From Macrostomum hystrix (Eukaryota; Animalia; Platyhelminthes), in contig CATNEN010000035.1 in NCBI GenBank assembly GCA_950097015.1, positions 310,001 to 374,000 of the forward strand: a DNA stretch of 64,000 nt, written 5' to 3'. The notes under the pieces are model-generated. The model had not been told where the DNA came from. It saw only the letters and a list, made by a program, of their open reading frames with translations, and did no database searches. Position numbers and translations under genes: made by a program. Below, in pieces: positions 52,152 through 62,960 of this stretch. Position 1 is the stretch's first letter. Every line of letters begins with the position of its first letter.

Positions 52152-53459
52152 ATGTCTATCATCAGACGAGATTGGATTCTACGAGCTGGATTGAAGGCTG
52201 ACTTCTCGGTCAGTAAACCGAACACCAACGCCAGTTGTCAATTTCGCACCATCGCATGGAGGCCCACAGATTGTGTTGAGCAACCAAATAAATGATTGCC
52301 CATCATAATGCAGACAGCAGCACCAATGGAACTGTTTCGCGGAATAACCGAGCGTCCAGAGCTGGACCAAGCATCAAGCTATCGTCACGAACCGAGAGAG
52401 GTAATCGCAATTGCCTTCTCTCCCAATTCGTGCGACCGGGAGCTGTTTGAAACAATCCAGTAAGTTATGTATTATAATATTCTATTGAACAACCAAATTG
52501 CTCGATTTACCTAGCAGATTTTTATCTGCAACTCAATTTATATGGCAACCTTTCAAATAAATCTCTTTACGCAGTTTCGTTGAGAAGTCAATCAAGATAC
52601 GATCGCGGAATCATTGGACACGCGACAACTTGCCCGCCTGACAAAGTATGGAATTGACGGAGGAATTCTCGAGCACACACCACTACAGTGGCTGAGTATC
52701 AAATCAAACTACCGATGTGCGACAATCCGTGTCGACAATGAGCACCCACTCGGTGTTGAGGTTCCGTTAAACGAATTCAAGGGCCGATCAGGGCTCTATC
52801 ATGTGACTCTGCAAGCCATAAGTTTATTCTGTCCGAGAAACAGCTCTGTGTGGCGAATCGCCCTTTGTGTGCGATCGCTCATGTTGATTGAGCAGAGCAC
52901 CACACCACTCGAGATGTCGCTTTTCCAAGGCCTAAGCGATTTTCCGGCCGCACCCGCAAGACCTCAGCTCGAGGACGACAACGAAAAAATTGCCGGCAAC
53001 AACACAGACGGCGACGACGATGACTGCAGTTCATCTGACCGAGAGAGGAAGAACGCAACCAAACCCGTTAGAGGTAACAATGAACCGAAAAAGATTACTG
53101 CTAGGAAGAAACAGCAGCAACAGCGAGCGAATGGAAGACAAATGGATAGAAGTCGCAGCAATTCACCAGCGATCCAGCTGCAGACGACAGCAAAGAAGCG
53201 AGCTGCCCCCAAGAAACCAATGCCCACGAGCAAGAAGACGAAGCAAGATGACGATGCGAGCAAGGTCAAGTGGGTCGAGGCGCCATGTGTAAAGGATGTG
53301 GTGAGCACTGCAGGATCTGGTTCGTCTAAGACAGGAGCGATCCGATTGGCGTCGAAAGATCTAAGCTACATGAAGCAGCCTAAGAATAAACAGAGCAATA
53401 TTGATTCAGCATCGAGCAACGATGATTATTCTTCGTTGTCTGATGGCGATCATAAGTGA
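52152..53459 (+). pseudogene. Disrupted two-exon gene (52152-52459, 52575-53459), putative OB-fold ssDNA-binding protein with a disordered charged tail
   Basis: ATG at 52152; in-frame TGA at 52293; GTAAGT..TTTACGCAG intron 52460-52574; frameshift at ~52620-52640 into the 281-aa ORF; AATAAA at 53479. The family call rests on remembered motif resemblance only. Confidence 0.55.
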
Positions 53460-53904
53460 ACTTTGTTGAACGTTGATAAATAAAAACTTGCCGATTTCAT
53501 TCAGCGACGTCATTTGGAACGATTACTTACAATTAAACAAATCTATTATTCCAAATTGATTGATTTGTTAAAAAACAAAAAAACAAATAAACTCGTATCC
53601 TCGATTTTTTTCAGCGCCTCGTTCTACTAATAATAAGCGCTAGTTTAACGTTTACACCAAGTGATGATAAAAGAAACTTTGACTTAAGGCGAATCGAGAA
53701 AAAATTACGATCTGAAGGACGTTATTGTCAATTGTTTTACAGAAGACCTACGATGCTAAAGATCTTGGTTTCGATAGCGAGCATTCAAATTTATCCGAGC
53801 GGGAAAATTACTGTATATGGCTGCCAGACCAATTGTCATATAGTTTTTGTTTTGCGCTTTATCAGCGATAAAATTTATCAAGTAGATTTCGATTCGGTTC
53901 AAAT

Positions 53905-55413
53905 ACAAAGTAGCACTCATGTTGCTCAACTCACAGGGAATGAGATGGCGGACCAGCTTGCTAAGGCTGGCGCAGCCAGCTCCCTGATGGGCCCGGGCCC
54001 GGAGGCCCCGATCCCCGCTTCTATGGTCAACTCCAACATCAACCGCTGGATGGAGACCCAACACCGGAGGAGGTGGTCTTGCACCCTGAACTGCCGCCAG
54101 TCCAGGGCTGCGGTGCCAACCCCCTCTAGTAACCTGCGTAAAGCCTTGCTCAGGCTAAATCGCAGAGACCTGAGAGCAGTCACCATGTCCCTCTCGGGAC
54201 ATGGCTGCTTCACCAGACACCGCTACCTCCAAGGCCACGTGCCTGAGGAAACGTGTCCCTTCTGCTGCTTCGGACGTGAAAACGCCGAGCATTTCATCTG
54301 CCACTGCCCGGCCTTCACCCGGGCTAGGCTCAAACATCTCGGGCCGGCGCCGACCCTAGTCGAAGCCTGCTCGCCCGAGAGCATTCCACAGCTCGCCCAC
54401 TTCCTTCGGGATACCGGCCGAGCTGATTTCTTCCCAGCCTATGGCGAGGAGGATCGCGCGGCGGGATCGACCGACGGACCACTCTGAGCGGCACCGCCTC
54501 GCTGGAGGCCGTCTGGCTGCCAGGGGTTAGCGATATGGGCGGCATCGGCCGCCTCCTCGCTGCGTCCGTCATGGAGGCTCCCTGCCGCTAAGTCAAAGTA
54601 AGTCATGTTGCTCACGTTGCCGATGCCTATTGGGCGCTAGGGCGCGAACATTCGCATGCGCATTCGCTGACGGGTTCAACAACTGACGGACTCCTGCTAT
54701 CCCTCGGGCCTTCCTACACAGGTCCTCCGCTGTCAACATTGCATTTTCCCTGCTCTGCAAGATCAATTTCTCGGCTAGGTTACGATCAACTAGACCATGA
54801 CAGAAACGGGCTCGAACTCTTGGCGGGTCATCTGAGCAGTATGGGCAAGGCTCACAAGTCGGTCAAAATAATCTTGGACTGGCTCAGATACTTTCTGGGC
54901 GGCTCCTATGAGCTCTAGATAGCTTTTGTCTTTCTCGGAGACATCTGTGTACCTATCAGCTAAGGCGTTGAGGGCCTCCTCGGTTTCGGCTTCATGCAGG
55001 TTGTTATTAAAGAAATACTCTTGGCACTCGCCTGCTAATAGCGACAGCAAAACGGCCCCTCTCTGCACGACAGGGATCTTATGAGCTGTAACATAGGCAC
55101 TAAATTGGGCTCTCCAAAGATCGAACTTCTGCTTTGGTGAATACGGGACTGGTGGGCGGAGCTTAACACTCACACTGCCTCCCAATAGCGGCGGATTCAT
55201 GGGCAGAGAGGGTTGCATGGAGCTTGCGGGTGTGCCACCACGCTGGTTCAACATCACTTGGGCCAATCTATCCAGGCTTGCAGTGGCAGGTCACTGGGCA
55301 CGGGGCAGCTCGGGTGGAGGGGCAGAAACTGCGCCCATGGCATCAGCTTCCTCCACAGCTGGATCAATATTGTCCGCGGCTATGCCGACATTCTCATCCT
55401 CTTCACCACTCAT
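53905..55413 (-). pseudogene. gag: Gypsy gag, disrupted (stop at 55291-55293, 1-nt frameshift at ~54811, LINE insertion 53929-54602, truncated at the start of the zinc knuckle)
   Basis: ATG 55413 MSGEE..., KFDLWRAQFSAYV, LLSLLAGEC, QKVSEPVQDYFDRL, then after the shift RFCHGLVDRNLAEKL. It continues across the LINE TSD as REQHECYF. Confidence 0.85.
53929..54602 (+). mobile_element. 5'-truncated non-LTR retrotransposon (I-group; R1/Loa/Tad1-like) with RNase H C-terminus and CCHC knuckle
   Basis: GNEMADQLAKAGA (RNase H end), LRLNRRDLRAVTMSLSGHG and CPFCCFGRENAEHFICHCPAF; stop at 54487. The tail is AAGTCAAAGTAAG, and a 12-bp TSD TCATGTTGCTCA flanks it (53917-53928, 54603-54614). Confidence 0.9.
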
Positions 55414-56065
55414 TCCCTCCCAGCGGAAAGGGTAAACCTGACAGATAATACACGAGAAGATCGAAAGTAAGAAGCGAAGAAAGCAGGAGATCGGTTGGCG
55501 GGTCAATTCTAAAACCTAATCACGCAATCAGACACAAACTAAATACCACCAACCGGGGGGTCCCTAGTAAGAGAGACACAGGCAAGAAGCAGTCACCTGA
55601 GTATTCTGTTCTGTCGCACCAGGACAAAGCCGACGGCTGTTATGACAGCAGACTCCGACAATGCTCCACCGCTTCAGGGACCGGCAGCCTCCGACAGTGA
55701 TGAGCGGCCCTCGGCTGAAAATGTCACTCGCTGCAGACTGACCGGCCTTGCAGACTAAGAATGGCGGTTCTAGACAGTGATGGCTGTTCTTCGGACGATA
55801 ACCAATGCAGTCCACTCACGGACGATCACTTGAACTTGGCTGAACTATGTAACAGGCTGGCCAGCGGAAACTAATAGTTGGCCCATGGATCGGCAGTTGG
55901 TCCCAGGCCTAAGTGTGGCGCGAAGAACTAGACTGCCAGCTTAAACTGCAGGTTTGTGGCAGTTGGTTTAATCTGGCCGGGAGGGTTGCAAACATTTTTA
56001 AATTTTAATACAAATTAGTCGGTGAGCCAAGAGGCGTGATGCTTACGCGGCTGGCTGTCGGCTGG

Positions 56066-56631
56066 GGTTTACTCCCGATTCGCCGAATCCCGATTTGCCG
56101 AAATTCCCAATCCGCCGAATCCCGATTCGCCGAAATTCCCAATCCGCCGAATCCCGATTCGCCGAAATTCCTGATTCGCCGATTCCTGATTCGCCGAATT
56201 CCCTCTTTGCCGAAAAAATTGCTGAGAACATTTTTTGCTGAGCTACCGTACCTCATTACACTTTTACTTTCGGCTCTACAAGGATGTCCAGCAAGTTTTG
56301 CTTTTTTCGAAGTACGTGTGATGTTCTTCTTTGCTCACTCAATCTACGTTCCAGAATGTTAATAAAGTTAAGAAGCAAATTTAGAAGTTAATGAATGAAG
56401 AAACTGCATTTCATTTAAGTTCGTTTTTAATTAATTTCAATACAATAGAAATAGAGTTACCATATTTGACCAACACTCAACGAGGGCAATGGTTATGTGG
56501 TTTAATTTTAATTTATGATATTGATAAAGTAAGATGTATTGAATCAGGATTCAGCGAATCAGGATTCGAGTCAGATTTCGGCAAATCGGGAATTCGGCGA
56601 AGCGGGAATTTCGGCGAATCGGCAGTAAACC
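56066..56631. mobile_element. Non-autonomous DNA transposon (MITE), Mutator/MULE-like, 566 bp
   Basis: TIR GGTTTACT(C/G)CCGATTCGCCGAA at both ends, subterminal CCGAATCCCGATTCG repeats in inverted orientation, an AT-rich core, and a perfect 9-bp TSD GTCGGCTGG (56057-56065, 56632-56640). Confidence 0.9.
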
Positions 56632-56859
56632 GTCGGCTGGCGTGGCGTGAGAGGCTTGCACAGGACTAGCAGTTGTAGCCCAGTCAGACCAGTTCTAACC
56701 GGTTCGCAGTTGCGGCTCGCTAACAGACCAGAGTTACAACAGTGCTGTTGGCTTGAAAAAACTATCAAATGCTGTGGCGTTTGCTGAGGCTGCAGATGGA
56801 TGGCGCTGGCGGCAACCAAAAGCTTATTGCGGTGGGGATGATGACACTAGGAAAACTCG

Positions 56860-56876
56860 TCTCGGTGGGACCTCCA
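56860..56876 (-). promoter_or_regulatory. Primer-binding site complementary to the tRNA-Gln 3' end
   Basis: The + strand reads TCTCGGTGGGACCTCCA, the conserved 3' end of metazoan tRNA-Gln including CCA; it lies 7 nt inside the 5' LTR boundary. Confidence 0.85.
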
Positions 56877-56883
56877 AATTAGA

Positions 56884-57218
56884 TGTGACGAACTAGAGTT
56901 CGTGTGCAGACGACGAGTTTTCCCAGAAGTTAGAAGAAATTATGTAAGACCAAAAACGATTTCTTAATGTCAACCAACGGCTTGTCAGCGGCAGCGCCAG
57001 GTCCCGGTTCCTTGTTCTCGAATCCAATGTGGCTAGTCTCCAGCTAATTAAAATGTCTTAATTTTTTTTATGTCTGTACTCATTCGACTTTAGCTATAAT
57101 TCCGATCCCCACGACGCTCGCTCTTATACCACAAACCGTCATTTCAAGTTATATTTAAATTCGCGCCAGTTTTCTCAGAAAGAAAAAGTAAACAAAAATA
57201 AATAGTAACATTGTCACA
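56884..57218 (-). repeat. 5' LTR
   Basis: Homologous to 44636-44974; adjacent to the PBS. Confidence 0.95.
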
Positions 57219-57526
57219 GATTGCTTTACTATCTTTTTTATTTAATATTGTCTCTTTTACTTAGTTAAAACTAAACATAATCACAATTTCACACTTTTTA
57301 CCTTTTACTACAATAGTAAGCAACAGAAGCGCTTAACTTGAGAAACTATTGTAAATATTTTTCGTCAATTATAAAACGATCAATCAAAAAACTTAAGAGC
57401 GTTATCGCAATCAGTTTAGACACTCACGTTTCTCATTGCTGTTCTAATAGCGAGTAGCCTGATCTGATAGTGACTTGTAGTTAGAATACCTGTTTTTTTT
57501 TAATCGTGCTTTTACAATAAGCACAG

Positions 57527-60500
57527 ATGAAAACACTAGGTATCTGCATTCTTGTAGCACTGTCGCTTGCCAGTACTACTCTTGCTGCTGGAAATGAACA
57601 CGAAATTTGTTGCAAGTCCTGCATGTCAAAGTTCGCAACGTCTTTACTCCGTACTGTAAGTTCACTTTGCTGCACATCAAAATATATTTCTCTTTTTTTT
57701 GTCTCAGCTGCATAGCTACAGTACTTTTAAAAAGTGCTATAACTATGTTTTATAAATATTTTTTTGCTTTTTACTAGTTCCTATTGATAGCTAAATTTGT
57801 GATAAAATGTGCAAATATTTTATCACTTTGCATTTTTACTTTACCAGACTGAAAATAAAAGCAACTTGATTTGTAAATGAATTGGATAAGTTATTACATG
57901 TTCAAAAGCTACAAAAGTAGGCATTTTTTAAGCTAAGAATACATAACCCATATAAATATAATTGCTAAATGCTCTTTTCAATGAAGGTGCCAGAATACTC
58001 ACCTGAAGTGTTATAGATGCATTTCTGAGCCACATTAAAATGTTTGACTCTATTGAGGCAGAAATATAATTTTCTTTTTTATTAGCCATATTATAATAAT
58101 TACAGCTTGCCTTTCTATAGCTATGTTAATACGGTGTTTAAAGAAACATAGAAACTATGAAAACTAAGTCACAAACAAATGTCTCCAGACCTTGAGAGTG
58201 GATAATAATAATAATTTCACAAGGGCTGCAAGAAAATGCTCATCCTTTGGTGACACTAGACCCACAGCAAGCCTGGAGGCCCATTTCTGTCCATTTCATT
58301 GACCCTTGAACACACACACAGATATGATACATAATCATTTGCTCAAACAGGTGTGTTTACCTACACTGACTTTCTTCTTATAGGCAGTGTACACTTTCAA
58401 TGGCTTTCTGTTTTTAATTTTTAATCTATAGCTATTAATTTTTTTGCTTTAAATCCCAAGAATATAGGTTTTTGCATAAATTATTTGCTATCGTTGACTT
58501 TTCCAAGCAAAGATGTACATTTTTGTGCACCATTATTTCACATTTTAATTTTTAATTTTTTTATGTTAACACATCATGAAAAATAACTTAACTAGCTATT
58601 GGTTATATTATATATTTTTTAGCTTTAAAATGTTGCAATTGAAACACCTTAACAAAACAAAAAATCTAAAATTACCAGGACTGTATGCATGGCTGCAGAC
58701 TCTATGGCATGATCTTCTTGGCTCACGATTCATCTGTTGACCACAGTGAGATTTCGAGTCTGTGCTCAAAGTCCTGCTCTAACACACCTGATAACACCAG
58801 GACTGAAGCTTGCTCTGCTGGCTGTGCCAGCCAGGAACGAGTGTTCAGACAGAACCAGCTTGACAAGCACTCTGCTAAACTGGCTGTCATGCTAGGCCTG
58901 AATCGGCCACCAATGGTCCACTCACCAGCTGCTAAGCATTGGCGACTCTTTGATAAGACTTGGTCGCCTAGTCAGCAAAAGGAGCAAGTGAGTATAATTT
59001 TTCTTTTTCCATTAGCGAATTATAATAAGATTTTTCTTTCTTTCTGTTAGTCCTAATTTCAACGATTTTAGTAGAAATGAAGTGCAAGATGAAGTGCATG
59101 CGTCAGATCAAAGCGCAGGCTAGCCAGCTCAGCCAATGGCAATAAATAAACTCGCAGGCTAGCCAGCTCAGCCAATGGCAAGTAAGGTGGCAGGGCAATA
59201 AATAAACTCGCAGGCTAGCCAGCTCAGCCAATGGCAAGTAAGGTGGCAGGGCAATAAATAAACGCGCAGGCTAGCCAGCTCAGCCAATGGCAAGTAAGGT
59301 GGCAGGGCAATAAATAAACGCGCAGGCTAGACAGCTCAGCCAATGGCAAGTAAGGTGGCATTGCAATAAATAAACGCGCAGGCTAGCCAGCTCAGCCAAT
59401 GGCAAGTAAGGTGGCAGGGAAATAAATAAACGCGCAGGCTAGCCAGCTCAGCCAATGGCAAGTAAGGTGGCATTGCAATAAATAAACGCGCAGGCTAGCC
59501 AGCTCAGCCAATGGCAAGTAAGGTGGCATGGCAATAAATAAACTCGCAGGCTAGCCAGCTCAGCCAATGGCAATAAATAAACTCGCAGGCTAGCCAGCTC
59601 AGCCAATGGCAAGTAAGGTGGCATGGCAATAAATAAACGCGCAGGCTAGACAGCTCAGCCAGACTAGCAGTTCGGCTGGCTCAGCCAATCGTAATTAGAG
59701 GAAATGAGAGAAGGCAACATCATCTGGCTATGGTAAGGCATAAGTTTTAAAAGGGACCATTGCGCAATGATGCAAAACTATGGGAACTGGTAAACAGAGA
59801 ACCGAGATTTTTATGTAGTTCTTATTTCTGATCTTATTGTACGTAGCTTATATGTAAGTCATGTTTATTGACCAAAAATGATGACAGCATAATTCTAAAA
59901 CTCGAAGAACTCCGGTCCGAATGCCTGGCTGCACGCCCTGCGAATTCACATCCGGCCAATGTCGCCGGGATCTGACGGTAGTCCGCGCTACTGGGTTGAG
60001 ATCAGCGAGCACGCCATTCCGCTGCGCCTGAAGCAACAGCCAAATCAGCTAACTGAACTGACTGCTAATCATCATCCATTCGCTCAGTATTGGTTAAACG
60101 AATACGACTCGGATTCTATTAGCGGCGTGCGCAACATCAGGCGCCTCTCCAACCGCACCAGAACTGCTCTGCGTTATGCCGCCTGTGGATTCCTGATCGC
60201 TTCGCTAATTGGAATGCTGTGGCTCTGCTGCAGCCTGGCTAAGTCCGCAAAGAAGCGCGAGGTTCGTCTGCTGCATGGCGGCATGATTAAACAGGTAATT
60301 ATGTATAATTGCCGCTTGACTTAATTCCCTTTTAAAGTACAAAGATCCATTCCTATAAGTGTACTTTACATAATATACAACTTTACAAAGTATATATAGT
60401 AAAATGAGATGCGGTCCAGTTTTCTTCTCAGACACAATGATGCAGTCAGTTTTCATCTCAGACACAATGATGTGGTCCAGTTTTCATCTCAGACACAATG

Positions 60501-61251
60501 ATGCGGTCCAGTTTTCATCTCAGACACAATGATGCGGTCCAGTTTTCATCTCAGACACAATGATGCGGATCAGTTTTCATCTCAGACACAATGATGCGGA
60601 TCAGTTTTCATCTCAGACACAATGATGCGGTCCAGTTTTCATCTCAGACACAATGATGCGGTCCAGTTTTCATCTCAGACACAATGATGCGGTCCAGTTT
60701 TCATCTCAGACACAATGATGCGGTCCAGTTTTCATCTCAGACACAATGATGCGGTCCAGTTTTCATCTCAGACACAATGATGCGGTCCAGTTTTCATCTC
60801 AGACACAATGATGCGGTCCAGTTTTCATCTCAGACACAATGATGCGGTCCAGTTTTCATCTCAGACACAATGATGCGGTCCAGTTTTCATCTCAGACACA
60901 ATGATGCGGTCCAGTTTTCATCTCAGACACAATGATGCGGTCCAGTTTTCATCTCAGACAATGATGCGGTCCAGTTTTCATCTCAGACACAATGATGCGG
61001 TCCAGTTTTCATCTCAGACACAATGATGCGGTCCAGTTTTCATCTCAGACACAATGATGCGGTCCAGTTTTCATCTCAGACACAATGATGCGGTCCAGTT
61101 TTAATGCAATGTGTGCACATAAAAATCTATATTTCTGATCTCTCCGCCGCAGGTGCCGCCGTCGATTCAATCGGGCGACATTGTCATCCAGGAGGAGAAA
61201 AAAATGCCGCTGCTCATTGAACCCGGCAAGGTTGTGATGGAAACTGTCTGA
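57527..61251 (+). CDS. TMEM59: TMEM59/BSMAP-family type I membrane protein. Exons: 57527-57655, 58679-58987, 59847-60294 (frame break near 59915-59981), 61153-61251
   Basis: Signal peptide MKTLGICILVALSLASTTLAA. Cys pattern CCKSC..DCMHGCRLY..CSKSC..EACSAGCASQ matches TMEM59 (CQRGCRLF..CESAC..ACHLGCQNQ). TM segment ACGFLIASLIGMLWLCCSLA matches LLWICCAT. Splice sites are canonical and phase 0. Confidence 0.8.
59120..59690. repeat. 56-bp minisatellite GCAGGCTAGCCAGCTCAGCCAATGGCAAGTAAGGTGGCAGGGCAATAAATAAACGC
   Basis: About 10 copies in TMEM59 intron 2. Confidence 0.95.
60405..61105. repeat. 31-bp minisatellite ATGATGCGGTCCAGTTTTCATCTCAGACACA (~22 copies)
   Basis: Tandem copies in TMEM59 intron 3; related to 7770-8017. 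Confidence 0.97.
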
Positions 61252-61814
61252 CTGTCTTCTACGCAGAATCAAGCCGAAGAGACTTAAAAAATTACGTAAA
61301 CTTTACTTGGATATCTTACATTTTAAACACGAAATTTTCCTTTAATTTTCCTATTCCGTAATCTGTTTGTCTAAGGAACTTTCCAATTTATTTAATAAGA
61401 TTGAGCTAATTAAGATATAAAAAAGGAAAAAAGAAACTGAAATTCATATTTTAATACGAACTTGACATATAACTTCTTTATTTCTTTCTTTGTGCGCTAG
61501 TAACTTGAAGCAGACTATTGTAATCAATTCTTTCGTGACAAACAGAAAATTCGTCTCATTTTTAAGAGACAACATCCACTATTGATTTTTTTACCTTCAA
61601 TGGCTCATGTTTAAAAAAAATAAATTTTCTTTTCGAAAAAACAAATGTGTTCTTTAACTCTTTCACTTTAGTTAGTTGTTGTTGCTGTAAGTTATTGGCT
61701 TTTACCATTGACAAGAAATCATTTTCATATTTTATCTCCTTTTGCTGTACTGTATGCTTGATTGTATTTATAAGCTTTCAAAAACTTCTATAGCTAGTAT
61801 CTATAGCTAGCTTC

Positions 61815-62960
61815 CTGCCCAACCTCACCTGCCTGCCTCATCTCACCTGCCTACCCCATCTAACCTGCCTACCTCAACTCACCTACCCACCCCATCTCAC
61901 CTGCCTACCCCATCTCACCTGCCTACCCCATCTCACCTGCCTACCTCAACTCACCTACCCACCCCATCTCACCTGCCTACCTCAACTCACCCCATCTCCA
62001 TCTGACCTGCCTACCCCTTCTCACCTGCCTACCCCATCTCACCTGCCTACCTCAACTCACCTGCCTACCCCATCTAACCTACCTACCTCAACTCACCTAC
62101 CCACCCCATCTCACCTGCCTACCCCATCTCACCTGCCTACCCCATCTAACCTGCCTACCTCAACTCACCTACCCACCCCATCTCACCTGCCTACCTCAAC
62201 TCACCCCATCTCCATCTGACCTGCCTACCCCTTCTCACCTGCCTACCCCATCTCACCTGCCTACCTCAACTCACCTGCCTACCCCATCTCACCTGCCTAC
62301 CTCAACTCACCTACCCACCCCATCTCACCTGCCACCTCAACTCACCTGCCTACCCCATCTAATCTGCCTACCTCAACTCACCTACCCACCCCATCTCACC
62401 TACCTACCCCATCTCACCTGCCTACCTCAACTCACCTGCCTACCCCATCTAATCTGCCTACCTCAACTCACCTACCCACCCCATCTCACCTACCTACCCC
62501 ATCTCACCTGCCTACCTCAACTCACCTACCCACCCCATCTCACCTACCTACCCCATCTCACCTGCCTACCTCAACTCACCTGCCTACTCCATCTCACCTG
62601 CCTACCCCATCTCACCTGCCTACCCTATCTAACCTGCCTACCTCAACTCACCTACCCACCCCATCTCACCTGCCTACCTCAACTCACCCCATCTCCATCT
62701 GACCTGCCTACCCCTTCTCACCTGCCTACCCCATCTCACCTGCCTACCCCATCTCACCTGCCTACCTCAACTCACCTGCCTACCCCATCTCACCTGCCTA
62801 CCTCAACTCACCTGCCTACTCCATCTCACCTGCCTACCCCATCTCACCTGCCTACCCCATCTCACCTGCCTACCCCATCCCACCTGCCTACCCCATCCCA
62901 CCTGCCTACCTCAACTCACCTGCCTACCCCATCTCACCTGCCTACCCCATCTCACCCCAT
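61815..62960. repeat. 18-bp minisatellite TCTCACCTGCCTACCCCA with variants
   Basis: Tandem copies in an intergenic region. Confidence 0.95.

Larger units (their letters stand above)
44636..57218 (-). mobile_element. Ty3/gypsy LTR retrotransposon, full length but decayed, with nested insertions
   Basis: Two LTRs of ~335-339 bp (44636-44974, 56884-57218), both TGTGAC..GTCACA, about 90% similar by eye. 4-bp TSD GATT (44632-44635, 57219-57222). PBS TGGAGGTCCCACCGAGA (56876-56860). PPT GGAGAAGGGGCGGG next to the 3' LTR. Domain order is gag-PR-RT-RH-IN. Confidence 0.95.

Noticed and set aside
7770-61105. Regularly spaced 28-56-bp direct repeats resembling CRISPR arrays
   Set aside because: The units are head-to-tail with no unique spacers, there are no cas genes, and the context is eukaryotic.
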